Shown: positions 1 through 10,799, counted from the first letter of the stretch. The stretch is 64,000 bases of DNA from a virus (IMGVR_UViG_3300032007_000028); one strand, 5' to 3'. Notes: generated from the sequence alone by a model not told the origin. Program-made: numbers and translations.

Positions 1-27
1 TAACTGTTGGCTCTCGAAATTGCCATG

Positions 28-1578
28 TTACTTACCTCTCTTTAGTTCTTCGACTTCTTCTTTTAACTTCTTGACTTCGTTGAGAAGAAGATACACTATC
101 TTTGATTCCTCTATGGACAGATATCCGTCTTCGTTTTCGTGAACGATTTCTGGGCAAATTCTCTGCAAATCCTGGGCAATGCATCCGATATGGTGAGAGC
201 TGTCGTTCTCATAATCGAATTCCTTGACTTCGAGACCTAGTATGTCCCCTTTGCACTCGAAGTCTTTTACGTTCTTCTTCAATCTGACGTCTGACATCGC
301 GTTGAAAGAATTGGCTTGTATCTGACCCGATGCTGTAACAGACGATGCTGAAATCGCACCGCTTGCAGTCAAAGAAGTTACGGACGGAGTCAACGTATAA
401 GTTATCGCTGAGCCGTTCCATGTAAGCAATTGATTTTCCGTCGTGCCTGCTGAAGTTGGGGCGTAGAAGACTGCAACGTCTGCACCTTTAGGAGTACCAT
501 TGAGAGTGACTGAAGTACCGCCAGCAAATCTACTGCATGCCTTCAATACACCGCCGTCTTGATAAATAGGTATGTTTGTGTTTCCGATGTCGCTAGCCGC
601 CCATACTGGTCTGTTGTTCGGCGAAGATTCGCTGTATGCCCACATCAAATACTGACCGGACTGGCCAGAACTTTCAGGCGAATACACGGTCGCATCGGCG
701 GCACCCTTATTGACACCATTCAGCGTTACTTTCGTGCCCCCTGCGTATGTGCTTCCCGCTGTGATGACGCCGTCTTTCATGTACACGGATTGCGTCGCGG
801 AGCCTACTGTCGAACTTATCCAAGACGGCGTAGGAGTACCTGAACCTAAAAGCTGATTGACTCTGTCGCCTGCAGACGTCGGTGCAAACACGTTGCCTAA
901 AGAGACGTTGGCTGAGCCGTCGAAAGACTTACTGCTGCCATTGAGATTGACTGCCAAGGTATGATTGACTTTGTCTGCACTTGTCGCGTTGCCAGAAACA
1001 TCTGCTGTAATCGTCTTGCCAGTTTCCGCGACGACATTGCTGGACAATGTTATCGTGTTCCCAGAGTTCGCTGAAATCTTATCAGTTTTGAATTCAGAAG
1101 CGATGTTTTTACCAGTCGTTGAAGAAACTGATTTAGCGTCAATCTTCAATTTGCTTCCTTCAGGAACCGAACCGTCTGTGCCGAACACCTCTATCGAATA
1201 CGTCGCGTCTCCGTCTGCAGTTGTGCCAAAATACAGACCAACGAAATTACCGCCAACGTCAAGCGTTGTATCGTCATTGAACGACGAAAGATTTCCCGTA
1301 TTGCTTATCTTTATGTTCGCGAAAAGCGAATTGTTCTCTGGTCTTATCGCTGAAAGAGCATTACTGACGACGACGAATCTGTATCCGCCAAGAACGATGA
1401 CCACAGTATCGCCAGCATCTTCTACATATGAATCGTAGTCCAAGGACGACGAGTTGAGATTGCCGAGATTTCTTTCGGTAAGAAGATAGGAGTCTTTATG
1501 ACTGTCGTCGCTTCTTCTGAAAGCCGAAGGAAACACGCTTACATTTTGACTGGATACGTAATTTGGTGTATAAGACAT
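28..1578 (-). CDS. Tail fibre protein with C-terminal intramolecular chaperone (peptidase S74-like)
   Basis: G/S/T-rich fibre-like repeats; C-terminal SDVRLKKNV...GCIAQDLQRICPEIV...coiled coil is the S74 chaperone signature; lies at the end of the baseplate operon. Confidence 0.85.
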   Translation of the reverse strand: MSYTPNYVSSQNVSVFPSAFRRSDDSHKDSYLLTERNLGNLNSSSLDYDSYVEDAGDTVVIVLGGYRFVVVSNALSAIRPENNSLFANIKISNTGNLSSFNDDTTLDVGGNFVGLYFGTTADGDATYSIEVFGTDGSVPEGSKLKIDAKSVSSTTGKNIASEFKTDKISANSGNTITLSSNVVAETGKTITADVSGNATSADKVNHTLAVNLNGSSKSFDGSANVSLGNVFAPTSAGDRVNQLLGSGTPTPSWISSTVGSATQSVYMKDGVITAGSTYAGGTKVTLNGVNKGAADATVYSPESSGQSGQYLMWAYSESSPNNRPVWAASDIGNTNIPIYQDGGVLKACSRFAGGTSVTLNGTPKGADVAVFYAPTSAGTTENQLLTWNGSAITYTLTPSVTSLTASGAISASSVTASGQIQANSFNAMSDVRLKKNVKDFECKGDILGLEVKEFDYENDSSHHIGCIAQDLQRICPEIVHENEDGYLSIEESKIVYLLLNEVKKLKEEVEELKRGK

Positions 1579-1597
1579 ATTGTTCTCCTATTCGTTC

Positions 1598-2113
1598 TTA
1601 TTGTTTATTGGAAATGGTCATTTTCCACAGAATGACCGCGTTCGTTCCAGCATCTACTTCACCGATGCTCTCTGAAAGCATTGCATATGCAGACCATTTT
1701 GATTTATCGTTTATGTTCTCAAGACTGTACATGGCTATCGCGTTCGCGCTTGCTTCTTGAACGAGATAGGTGCCAGGTACGATGAACGTATGTTCGACGT
1801 ACGCATACTCGCCATCTTCGTCTGCACCTGAGCCTACGGTCGTGGACGCGACTGGCAAATAAGTCGTCGTCACTTCTGTCGCCGTAGATGGGTCCAATGG
1901 CTCACCAGATTGACCTTCGACGCTGTACAGTCTTATATACCACGGCTTTTTGTCTTGCTGAAACGAACCTTTCAGACAGTTTGCGATGTACTGAAAAAGA
2001 TAGACGGAGCCCTCGTTGTGAGTTTTTCTGGTTTTCTTTACTTTACCGTTTTTGACGAGTTTTACTGTGACTTCGCCTTTATATGAGATATTCTCTCCAG
2101 TTTTATTCTTCAT
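1598..2113 (-). CDS. Putative tail fibre/baseplate-associated structural protein
   Basis: 171-aa ORF with SD-like GAGGT and a late-promoter motif upstream; lies between baseplate and fibre genes. Confidence 0.55.
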   Translation of the reverse strand: MKNKTGENISYKGEVTVKLVKNGKVKKTRKTHNEGSVYLFQYIANCLKGSFQQDKKPWYIRLYSVEGQSGEPLDPSTATEVTTTYLPVASTTVGSGADEDGEYAYVEHTFIVPGTYLVQEASANAIAMYSLENINDKSKWSAYAMLSESIGEVDAGTNAVILWKMTISNKQ

Positions 2114-2192
2114 CAGTCGACCTCTGTGTTTATTTAACTGTTCTGTATATCATTGAATTTAGCAATTTTAGCGTATTTTATGTCAAGTCGAT

Positions 2193-2492
2193 TCACATTT
2201 GCACCGCGTTCGCTTCAAGCCACGCGATTAGGGTTGCGTTGGTCGCGTCCGTGCCACCTGTGATTGTAATAGTTTTATAAGCATTATTAGACCAAGTATC
2301 ATTTCTTGAATTATAAACTCTATCACTACTCAATTCATCATAATAATAGTCAAGTCCTTGATTGTCTGGTCCGTCACCCATATCTGAGCCAATATCATAT
2401 ACTATGCCAAATTGAACAAACGAAGTATTATTTGATGTGAAGCTTAAATCGTAGGTATAGTTTTGCATATCAACATCTACAACGCTATTCAA
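2193..2492 (-). CDS. Beta-rich module, probably the frameshifted C-terminal extension of 2500..3222
   Basis: AT-rich ORF ending AYKTITITGGTDATNATLIAWLEANAVQM; the frame is open upstream to GTKWLLN; no SD. Confidence 0.5.
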   Translation of the reverse strand: MNSVVDVDMQNYTYDLSFTSNNTSFVQFGIVYDIGSDMGDGPDNQGLDYYYDELSSDRVYNSRNDTWSNNAYKTITITGGTDATNATLIAWLEANAVQM

Positions 2493-2499
2493 TAGCCAC

Positions 2500-3222
2500 T
2501 TAGTTCCAGGTCAGGCCCGTAACGGGCTCAGGAGTCGGGCCTTCGCTCGTAGTCCCATCGCTGACTACGCTTATATACGCAACAGACGATTCGTCTATTT
2601 CCAACAGGTTCTTATACGTAGGTACAGTCGTATTCTTATCGGGCGTATCCGTATCGTTGGATACAACGCTGAGTTTACCACTTGAAAATGTCTTATTGAC
2701 CTCTGCTTCAGTGGACACGACGATTTTCGCATCATCGACTTTTCCAGCGATGTCAGCATAAAGAAACGTATATTCCTGCCCTGCTGGCATTATGTAGTCG
2801 AACACGTCTTCGAGAAGCGTCGTCGACGACACATTCACAGGCAATACTATGGTCAAAGACCTGACATTGTCGCCAGCGTAGACTATTTGATATCTGCCCC
2901 TTATTCCCTGAGCGGCCAAAAACGTTTCTATCGTCAACTCGATTCCCCTAATCGAGCCTTTGTTGTGCATAATCTCGACGAAAGACGAGCATATTGCGCG
3001 AAATTCGGATTCGTTGTATTTGTGTTTGTTGTCGAATCCAATCGTCTTTGCGAGAAGGGAAAGAAGTCTTATGTCGACGTTCTTGCTGAACGGGCATTCG
3101 CGAATCAAGTCTATTTCGGTCTTGCTCTCGTTGGAAAGAATCTCCAAAACGCGTGCTATCGTCTGAAAGTCACGCGAATCGTCGTAGTATACCTGAGGCG
3201 TCTTATGATATAGATTTATCAT
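2500..3222 (-). CDS. Baseplate wedge protein (P2 gpI-like tail protein)
   Basis: LLSLLAKTIGF...HNKGSIRGIE motif typical of gpI-like wedge proteins; follows the large wedge gene. Confidence 0.65.
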   Translation of the reverse strand: MINLYHKTPQVYYDDSRDFQTIARVLEILSNESKTEIDLIRECPFSKNVDIRLLSLLAKTIGFDNKHKYNESEFRAICSSFVEIMHNKGSIRGIELTIETFLAAQGIRGRYQIVYAGDNVRSLTIVLPVNVSSTTLLEDVFDYIMPAGQEYTFLYADIAGKVDDAKIVVSTEAEVNKTFSSGKLSVVSNDTDTPDKNTTVPTYKNLLEIDESSVAYISVVSDGTTSEGPTPEPVTGLTWN

Positions 3223-6200
3223 AGTCTGGAACTCCTCATTATCTCAATCGAACTTCCGCCTTCGTCGAGACTCAGCACGAGTTGCGTAATCGTGAATCTG
3301 CTGGCGACGTTGTTCACGTCGTAGAACGCATAGGGCGAATCAAGTTTTTTCGTTTCTATCGCACTCTCATTATTTATGTCCAGCGTATAGCAGAATTGAC
3401 CTTTCGATATGGATTTTATATCATTGAGAAGAGCAGTTTCTTCCGCCTGATTTAGAAGACCGAATCTGGAATTGATTCCAGAGTAGTATCTCAACTTACC
3501 AATCGTCAATTTACCACTTACGTTCTCGCCTGCGGCGAACGTAATACTTGTCGTTCCTTCTGGAATCTTGACTACGGTCATTCCTGCGGCTAAAGATGAT
3601 ATATTGTCACCTGATTCGAATTCCTTCAACTGCTTACTTGCTGATATCGTCATATCGTCACTTTCGTCTGCTGGAGCCCAATACAACATTACGACGGCGT
3701 CTTCATTCAGGCCAGGTATGCTAAACGTTTTGCTTTCTGAACTGTCTATATCAATCTCAGCGAATCCCTTGTCACCTCTCGGCGGCAAAGACGTTGCGTC
3801 TTGAGTATATGCATATAAAGACACTTCGTAAACCTCCGACATATTGCCGTCAACGTCTGCTTTCCACGAAGCGAGGTTTATCTCAGGTCCAGACGCTTGA
3901 CTGACCGCATTCAGCTTGAACGTAACGTTTGACGACAGAGATGCTGTCTTATCGTCGGATAGAGTTATCGTGACGCTTTGGTCTGCGTTCAACGTCTGTC
4001 CCAAATTCGGTCCAACGTTCAAATCGAGTCTGCCCAAAATGTAAGAAGAGATTCCAACGTTCACATCGGAAACGCTATGCACTTCTGTTTCTCCCTTGAA
4101 CACATAAGAGATTTTGGATGCATTGTCTTGCAAATCGATGAGTTCGTTTTTGTTGTTTGGGGCCAAATTTATACTGACTTTGTTGTCGGTTGAATAAATC
4201 TTATCGCCCTCAAGTAACGTCGTAATGGACGTCTCAACGATGGTGATGTAATCAGAGACATTGTCGAACGGCATGCGTCTCATCTTACTAACGAAAGCTG
4301 ATAGACCGTCCTTGGCTATGTCGCTATACGAAACGGGTGCGCCCAAAGTCCAAAGGCTCTGAGAAGTCAATCCCGTTCTGCGAATGATGGTTCCACTACC
4401 TACGGATACGAATTCTGTTCTCGCATCGTTTGCATAGAAGAAGTATTCGCCGTCACCCAATATGATTTCAGTGTCATCGCCTTCGAAAAGCGTGTTTCCT
4501 TGTGTGTTTCTAATCCAGTAGCACCATGTCTGGGACTTAAGCTCGACAGAATTTACCTGCTTTTCGTCGATGCTTTGAGAAGACATCAGCATTGGATAGT
4601 CATCACCAGTAGGAATCAAATTGAAGCCATTGGGCTGAATAATCTTCCCTTTTTCGAATAATACGTCCTTTGTATCTCCGTCTGGATTGGTGTACTTCAA
4701 CTGAAGTTTTTCACCTGCACCCAACTTATACACTTTGCCATCGTTTACTGGATTGCCTATGTATTTATACTTTACACCATAAGTATAATGAGTCTTAGTC
4801 AATATATTCGGCTCGATGACTTGAATTGCTTCGTTCTGCTTTAGTTCATATTGAGCAGAGGTTATCGTTTTCTTAAGAAGAGTAGTCAACTTTTTGATAT
4901 TATCGCACACAGATTTAATTTCAGCATCTTCTTCTGTTTCTTCTCTTATTGTATAGGAGCCTTCACCAAATTCGTAGAAGAATCTTTGGTCGTATTCGAA
5001 AAGAGACACTTTTCCTTCGACGATGTTGTGAGCGAGAGTAAGAATATAGTATTGTCTACCTCGCGTAGTATTCATTGAGAATTCTCTGACTTCGTCTATC
5101 GCAGAACGACTCATGAACACTGTGTTGAGTTCGGGCTCCATCAAAGATACGGAGTTTATCCTCTTGTCAGCTTCCTCTATCGCCTTCAGTATGCTTTCAT
5201 AAGGAATTTCCTGCCCGTAATCGACGTTTCTCGCATTGAACTTGTTCATCAAATTCGTTATGACGTTTTTGATTATCTCCGCGCGTTCGTATTCGTCGAC
5301 TTTCTTCGTAGTCGCTATTCTTGCGTCAAGCGTTGCATAGTTCTTTATCGCATACAGGTCGTTTGCGCCTAGTTCTTTGTAGTCATGGGAAACCGTCTTG
5401 ATGTCCTCAATCTTTACGCCATTGAACTCAGCGCGTTCCGTTATGTCTACAGGCACCCCACGGTCGTTGTAAGGCAAAAACGATGAGTAGTAACCAGCCA
5501 ATGACGCAGTAGTGTACGGCTTCAGCGGGTATAGACACAGGTCATTCGCCGCTATTTCGTCGGAAGGAACGTTTATCGCATGTATACCATTCTGCGAGAA
5601 TGTCATGACTTTTGTACCATAGTTGATGTCGTTTCTTCTATCGGACACCTGAACGTTGGATACCCACGGGATGTCGTAGTCATCCGTCATATTGTAGATG
5701 AAGTTCGCATAGTCTCTGCAAGACACGAGCGTATCGAACGTACCGACGGTCTTCTTAAACGAATTGTACGCGTCGTCTATCGACTGAGGATTCGCACCAC
5801 CAAAAGACGACGACACATTCGTCACGGTCACCGAATCGTTCCCAATTACTCTTTTTATGTATCTTGACTTGACGTTTCCGTTTTCCCCGTCCGTCTTTAT
5901 GTAGTTGACCGTTATGCCTGAACCTATGATGCTGATGATGTCTTCCGGGAATTCGACGTATGGTAATCTACGAGACGAATCGTATCCGAACTTATACACT
6001 CTCTTTCCAGGCGTAACGATGTTGAGATTGTGCACCCTTTCCCATCTGAAACCGTCATCGACTGACTCGATGAACACACCGTTCTGAGCGACGTTCTCTA
6101 TCGGGAAATACAGTCTGTTGTTGTCGTCTATGTTGTCCAGAGTTATCGTCGTATTCTCACTGGACAATATGTATAGAGGCATCAGTTCGCCCTGCAAAGC

Positions 6201-6659
6201 CGGTATGAGAGGCGCGTACTCAACGTTTTTGTTTACTTCAGCGTCTTTGACGAGAACGAAGGAAACGCCGTCGTCTTCGTTCGACGACACTCTGGTTTTA
6301 AACGCTGGAAGACTTATGGTCTCTTCGCTGTCAGTGTAGAACTGAACTTGGACCGTCGAGGCCACATAATAATTCATCTCGCATCCCATCATCTCCACCA
6401 ATTTGCGCATCGACGATTCCTGCGTCGCGGAGGGCATGAAGCATTCCAATACGTTCTTATCTATATTGTAGTTCAGTTTGTCGCCAATGAACGCCATCAA
6501 CTTCAAAAGAACGACGCCAGGGTCGCTTTCGTTTGAGGTCTCAGGGTCCCATTTGTCTGTCAACTTCTTCACCAAATCGAGAAGTTCAGGATAAATGGAT
6601 GCGAAGTCCTTGTTGATGTATGATTTATTTGAAATCTGAAGTTCGTTTTCGTTAATCAT
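3219..6659 (-). CDS. Baseplate wedge subunit (T4 gp6/P2 gpJ-like) with long C-terminal extension
   Basis: N-terminal KDFASI...SDPGVVLLKLMAFIGDKLNYNIDK and GGANPQSIDD...LVSCRDY motifs. Confidence 0.8.
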   Translation of the reverse strand: MINENELQISNKSYINKDFASIYPELLDLVKKLTDKWDPETSNESDPGVVLLKLMAFIGDKLNYNIDKNVLECFMPSATQESSMRKLVEMMGCEMNYYVASTVQVQFYTDSEETISLPAFKTRVSSNEDDGVSFVLVKDAEVNKNVEYAPLIPALQGELMPLYILSSENTTITLDNIDDNNRLYFPIENVAQNGVFIESVDDGFRWERVHNLNIVTPGKRVYKFGYDSSRRLPYVEFPEDIISIIGSGITVNYIKTDGENGNVKSRYIKRVIGNDSVTVTNVSSSFGGANPQSIDDAYNSFKKTVGTFDTLVSCRDYANFIYNMTDDYDIPWVSNVQVSDRRNDINYGTKVMTFSQNGIHAINVPSDEIAANDLCLYPLKPYTTASLAGYYSSFLPYNDRGVPVDITERAEFNGVKIEDIKTVSHDYKELGANDLYAIKNYATLDARIATTKKVDEYERAEIIKNVITNLMNKFNARNVDYGQEIPYESILKAIEEADKRINSVSLMEPELNTVFMSRSAIDEVREFSMNTTRGRQYYILTLAHNIVEGKVSLFEYDQRFFYEFGEGSYTIREETEEDAEIKSVCDNIKKLTTLLKKTITSAQYELKQNEAIQVIEPNILTKTHYTYGVKYKYIGNPVNDGKVYKLGAGEKLQLKYTNPDGDTKDVLFEKGKIIQPNGFNLIPTGDDYPMLMSSQSIDEKQVNSVELKSQTWCYWIRNTQGNTLFEGDDTEIILGDGEYFFYANDARTEFVSVGSGTIIRRTGLTSQSLWTLGAPVSYSDIAKDGLSAFVSKMRRMPFDNVSDYITIVETSITTLLEGDKIYSTDNKVSINLAPNNKNELIDLQDNASKISYVFKGETEVHSVSDVNVGISSYILGRLDLNVGPNLGQTLNADQSVTITLSDDKTASLSSNVTFKLNAVSQASGPEINLASWKADVDGNMSEVYEVSLYAYTQDATSLPPRGDKGFAEIDIDSSESKTFSIPGLNEDAVVMLYWAPADESDDMTISASKQLKEFESGDNISSLAAGMTVVKIPEGTTSITFAAGENVSGKLTIGKLRYYSGINSRFGLLNQAEETALLNDIKSISKGQFCYTLDINNESAIETKKLDSPYAFYDVNNVASRFTITQLVLSLDEGGSSIEIMRSSRL

Positions 6660-6662
6660 GCT

Positions 6663-7034
6663 TTATCTCCCCTCGTCGTCGAGTAAGTCCAATTGATACA
6701 TATTCGTGGTGAAGTCGACCTGATTCACCGCCCTTATCTGCGCTATGAGCTTCTTTCCTTTGCTCAGTATCTTTATGTCTTTTCTAGTCACTGACAGTTG
6801 TGGCGTGAACACCTTCATCTGAGTCAATATCTCGTCGACAATCAAGTCGCGCAATACGACGTTGTTCTGCTCGAAATAGTATCTTCTCAAGCGTATTCCA
6901 AAAAACGGGTCGCCCAGCAACTCGCCCTTCTCTGATGACAGAAGCAGAAGCAGGTCTTGCATTGACGCGGCTTTATCTTTCACGACGTTCGTGGACGTCG
7001 ATGTGAACATATCCGGATACTTTATCGAATTCAT
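6663..7034 (-). CDS. Baseplate protein, gp25/gpW-like (sheath initiator)
   Basis: LLLSSEKGELLGDPFFGIRLRRYYFE gp25 motif; ATG at 7034 is preferred over TTG at 7046. Confidence 0.85.
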   Translation of the reverse strand: MNSIKYPDMFTSTSTNVVKDKAASMQDLLLLLSSEKGELLGDPFFGIRLRRYYFEQNNVVLRDLIVDEILTQMKVFTPQLSVTRKDIKILSKGKKLIAQIRAVNQVDFTTNMYQLDLLDDEGR

Positions 7035-7096
7035 AATTATACTCAATCAATTTAGCGTTGTGCTACGCTCTTTGTCTTTATAATTTTATATTGTTT

Positions 7097-8617
7097 TCAT
7101 ACCTGCATGAACTGCGAATCTATTGGATAAATCGTTGTCGTAGGACCGTTTCTACTTGTTATGGTTACGCTTTTTCTGTTCGAGGACGACGTTCCCGCTA
7201 TACCAGGATATACGATTACGTCTCTAAGAAAATGCCTGTCGTCTGCGACGCTATCCGACGTATCGATGTAGAGATTCGAGCATCCAGTCGCTATTGATAT
7301 GTTATTAACGTAGTTTATCGTCGCTGAAGAATCGCCGAATTTGACGTACGAGCATTTGTTGCCGAAAACACACGAATAGGTGTAGTCGCCGAATTCGATA
7401 TTCTCGCAATTGTCTCCGAATCTATTGTTATACGCGTACGTGCCCAAATTGTTGTATCTAAACAGATAACCGAAGTCGTTGAGTCCACAATGCTCCCCAA
7501 ACACGTTTCCCATCGCGTTTTCGTCGAATCTATTCAACTCGCAATTTCCCGCTAATCGATTATAACTGCAACCGAACGAGAATTGATTCATACTGCACGA
7601 ATAACTGAGCGTATTGTGGTTGCAGTTTTTACCAAATATGTTGTTATTGCTGTCCAAAAACGACGCAGTGGAATAAAACACGTTGAATGGTAGATTTAGT
7701 TTTCCACCGTTGAATCGATAGCATTCAATTACGTTGCCTTGCGCTGATTTATTTAGAGATGCGTCAACGTTATTCCCGCTGTTTTTGTAAGTAAACGTAT
7801 ACGCGTTTACATAGCCGTGAGAAGAGTACGTGAACAGACAGTTCTTGAAATCGTATGGACAATCGTTGCCGAACTCATCCACCATACGATAGATTACGCC
7901 TTTACCATTCGTCGTATCGGCCCAGGCGAATCTCGAAGTATCGTTGTCTACGCAGTATTCGAGACGCCACGACCTCAAATCGCTATCTGCGAAATACGTA
8001 TCTCCTTCGTGCTTTATCGCACGAGCGTTTTCGTTTAACGTGCTCTCGTCGTCTGCCACCACTATCACGTCGAACGAATGATTGGCCGAAGACGTGTTGC
8101 TTGTGGTCGTCGTGAACTCATAGTCAGTGATTCTGTATTGCATGCCTGGAATCAATTTCCCTTCGTTTCTTGCTGTGACCAGTTGCGAGTACGTAATCTC
8201 CAACATCAAATCGGAAACAGCGGGTGTGGGAGGAGTCGGTCCCACCGAGCCGCCAGACGTCACCGCCATGTACAGAGACGAAAGCTGTTCCGCAGTCACA
8301 TTGCCCAATTTCGTATTCGACGGCAACGTGGCCGAGTCGCTTACGTTCAGCGATTGCACGTTCGCATAACCCACCTCATTGGACGAATCGTTTGTGAGAA
8401 ACAGTTTGCCCACGATTGTCGGCTTGTCTTTGTAGTGGTCTTCGAACGCGACGAAAACGACGTCCCCCTCATTCAGAGAATTGACGATGCCGGGATTATA
8501 TGAAAGAGTCGCTTCCGCGATGAATTGTGAGCCACCCGCTTCCTCGAAATACGGAATGCGTACGGAGTACTTATTGCTCTCTACGGGTCTAGATACGATT
8601 ATACCTTTTGTAATCAT
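7097..8617 (-). CDS. Baseplate central spike (gp5/gpV-like OB fold) with C-terminal beta-helix
   Basis: VRIP...EGDVVFVAFEDHYKDKPTIVGKL OB-fold motif; repeated N-x-FG-x-x-C units; start MITKG overlaps the upstream stop (ATGA). Confidence 0.7.
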   Translation of the reverse strand: MITKGIIVSRPVESNKYSVRIPYFEEAGGSQFIAEATLSYNPGIVNSLNEGDVVFVAFEDHYKDKPTIVGKLFLTNDSSNEVGYANVQSLNVSDSATLPSNTKLGNVTAEQLSSLYMAVTSGGSVGPTPPTPAVSDLMLEITYSQLVTARNEGKLIPGMQYRITDYEFTTTTSNTSSANHSFDVIVVADDESTLNENARAIKHEGDTYFADSDLRSWRLEYCVDNDTSRFAWADTTNGKGVIYRMVDEFGNDCPYDFKNCLFTYSSHGYVNAYTFTYKNSGNNVDASLNKSAQGNVIECYRFNGGKLNLPFNVFYSTASFLDSNNNIFGKNCNHNTLSYSCSMNQFSFGCSYNRLAGNCELNRFDENAMGNVFGEHCGLNDFGYLFRYNNLGTYAYNNRFGDNCENIEFGDYTYSCVFGNKCSYVKFGDSSATINYVNNISIATGCSNLYIDTSDSVADDRHFLRDVIVYPGIAGTSSSNRKSVTITSRNGPTTTIYPIDSQFMQV

Positions 8618-9876
8618 GCAATCGCCTCCGTCACGCCCGTGTCTCCGACTCTGAGCAACGTCAGCGTCGTTCTGAACCCTTGGGTGTCTATGTGGTCGCT
8701 TTCGCCTGTCACCACGTAAAGACCACTCGACAGATGCTTGCGTCCGTAGAAATACACATTCAGTTTCACATTCGTCATCAGAATCGCAGGTCTCAACAGA
8801 CCACGTATCGTCAACGAAGCCTTTATCGGGAACGACGTGACGTTTGTCCACCAAGTTCTGTCTGCTTCCGTCGTCGTTCTCGTCGCAGTGCCACTGCTCA
8901 AGACGGGCGCATACTCATATATTATATTACCTTCGTCGTCCACGCGAGCGACGTATTTCGAGTCGTTGAGTTTATTCTGAAAGTCGTAGTATATGGAATA
9001 ACTGTTATCGGTCAGAATCTTAAAGTCGGTAACGATGTTCTGAGAAGGATAGCCTATGTCGAGTTCATACGCGAACGACGTGTCCTCAACTATGTCGGAA
9101 CGCTGTACTTTGAAATACGCACCACCGAATTCGCCAGAAGTGTCGTCCATGACGACTATCGAAAACATCGAACCCTTCAACAGTGACGAATCGTTCGCGG
9201 TCTTCATCATCTTCACGAGATACGTTATGTAATCGAGAACGGACATGTTCGTCTGCATCAGAAGATTGACGGGCATGTCGTCGGAGAAAATCAAACCCTT
9301 TTGCTCGACCTTCGTTCTGTTCGTCATGCCCTCGAAAACGTTCAATAGACCATAATCGTTGGGACCGTAAAGCAACTCTTTTATGACGTTGCTAGGTCTG
9401 TCGTATCTCGCTGGAAACGTGTGCGAGCCTTGCGACAGAAGATTGCCAGAGCTTATCGCTTTCACTATATAACTTATCGTAGACGAAGATGCGGATACTT
9501 GAGTCGTCGCACTGAGGAACAAGGCTTCCTCGCGTCTATAGCAGAATGAGGGGGCAGACAAGTCACCGTATTCGAATACTATCTTTCTCGTCTTGCTTAT
9601 CGACCCAAAAACCTTCTCGAAGAAGTTAGGGTCATCGTTTTCGGTGACTGAGTATACGAAGTTCAGATTGTACTTATTAACGACGCCGTTGATTTTCGTT
9701 ATGTCAAGGGACTGAATGTAGTTCGGATACGTTATGCCCTTTATTATCTGGTTTTCGTCTATCACTATGTTCGTCTTCTGAACGACGCCGAAAACGTAGT
9801 CTCCGAAAATGACCTTGATGAAGGGCGTCTCCACCCTGGATAAAGAAGAAAGCAGTTTGAGATTAGCGTTTGCCAT
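8614..9876 (-). CDS. Baseplate hub/tail protein (gp27/late control D-like)
   Basis: C-terminal ASLTIRG...SGLYVVTGESDHIDTQGFRTTLTLLR typical of hub proteins; position before the spike gene. Confidence 0.65.
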   Translation of the reverse strand: MANANLKLLSSLSRVETPFIKVIFGDYVFGVVQKTNIVIDENQIIKGITYPNYIQSLDITKINGVVNKYNLNFVYSVTENDDPNFFEKVFGSISKTRKIVFEYGDLSAPSFCYRREEALFLSATTQVSASSSTISYIVKAISSGNLLSQGSHTFPARYDRPSNVIKELLYGPNDYGLLNVFEGMTNRTKVEQKGLIFSDDMPVNLLMQTNMSVLDYITYLVKMMKTANDSSLLKGSMFSIVVMDDTSGEFGGAYFKVQRSDIVEDTSFAYELDIGYPSQNIVTDFKILTDNSYSIYYDFQNKLNDSKYVARVDDEGNIIYEYAPVLSSGTATRTTTEADRTWWTNVTSFPIKASLTIRGLLRPAILMTNVKLNVYFYGRKHLSSGLYVVTGESDHIDTQGFRTTLTLLRVGDTGVTEAIA

Positions 9877-9877
9877 A

Positions 9878-10201
9878 TCAGTTTTCGAATTCTATATTGC
9901 TGATGTTCGGTATCTTGAGAGAATCGTATTTGCCAAACAATTCCTCAAGAGGGTCCTGTATTCTGTTGAAGTCGGCTATAACCCAATACAAATCGGGTCT
10001 GCCATAATATTTGAGCGAGAGCGAGTCCAGAGTGTCCTCCTGAATGATTCTGTGTGCTACGTAAGCGATTCCGTCGTCGTTCAATTGACTCGTTATACCA
10101 TATACGTACTTATCGTCAAGTTCGTTATAATAGTATGGAAAAGACGCATATCTGGATATGTAGTTATACGTTCTGTATGCTTTGTTCTTCAAATTATCCA
10201 T
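9878..10201 (-). CDS. LysM-like baseplate protein (gp53/gpX-like)
   Basis: EDTLDSLSLKYYGRPDLYWVIADFNRIQDP...LKIP. Confidence 0.8.
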   Translation of the reverse strand: MDNLKNKAYRTYNYISRYASFPYYYNELDDKYVYGITSQLNDDGIAYVAHRIIQEDTLDSLSLKYYGRPDLYWVIADFNRIQDPLEELFGKYDSLKIPNISNIEFEN

Positions 10202-10211
10202 GTGCTTTCCC

Positions 10212-10799
10212 TCACTTGAATACGCCGTTCTTGAACGCGCTTGTTATCCCTCTGAACGAACCGAGGGCCGCGACGCTCTTCGCGTCGAATGGTTCGACCT
10301 CGTATATGTCGAACGACACGTCGGCTTGTGCGTATTTATTGCCTTTCAATATGGGCTTTTCGTACGTGACGGACACACCGCCATTGACGATTCCCTTTAC
10401 GAACAATTCGTTTCCGAATCTCAGCGCGACCATAGGCGGTACGACGCTCTTATTCGCCGTGTCGTATACGGGTAACGCTATCGACTGTATCTTGCGAAGG
10501 AACGCGTCCATATAGTCTTCTCCGTCTTCTAGCGTCATATTGCTCTTACCGTAGTTGACGTTGTCTAACATGTCTCTGTGAAAATGCAGTCTCACGTTGA
10601 CAGAACGAGGCCCGGAATTGCTGTACGTGAATACGGGAGCCGTACGCGAAAGGGCGTTGTTCGATGCGAAAGTCGAACTCATCTTGTCGGAAATCGTGTC
10701 GGGGTATTCCGGTATTATCAGCCACTCGTCGATGTGATACAGATAGATGTAATTGTCGACGAGTCTGGAAGAGTTAGTCGAGTATGTGTCCGTTGCCAT
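10212..10799 (-). CDS. Tail tube initiator/baseplate tube-like protein
   Basis: LSRTAPVFTYSNSGPRSV and PPMVALRFG...VKGIV motifs of contractile-system tube initiators. Confidence 0.65.
   Translation of the reverse strand: MATDTYSTNSSRLVDNYIYLYHIDEWLIIPEYPDTISDKMSSTFASNNALSRTAPVFTYSNSGPRSVNVRLHFHRDMLDNVNYGKSNMTLEDGEDYMDAFLRKIQSIALPVYDTANKSVVPPMVALRFGNELFVKGIVNGGVSVTYEKPILKGNKYAQADVSFDIYEVEPFDAKSVAALGSFRGITSAFKNGVFK

Noticed and set aside
8618-8854. Extended N-termini in the ORF track (e.g. 8854, 18686, 24375, 37683, 48446, 55893)
   Set aside because: They overlap upstream genes, promoters or intron core; downstream starts with SD or translational coupling are more plausible
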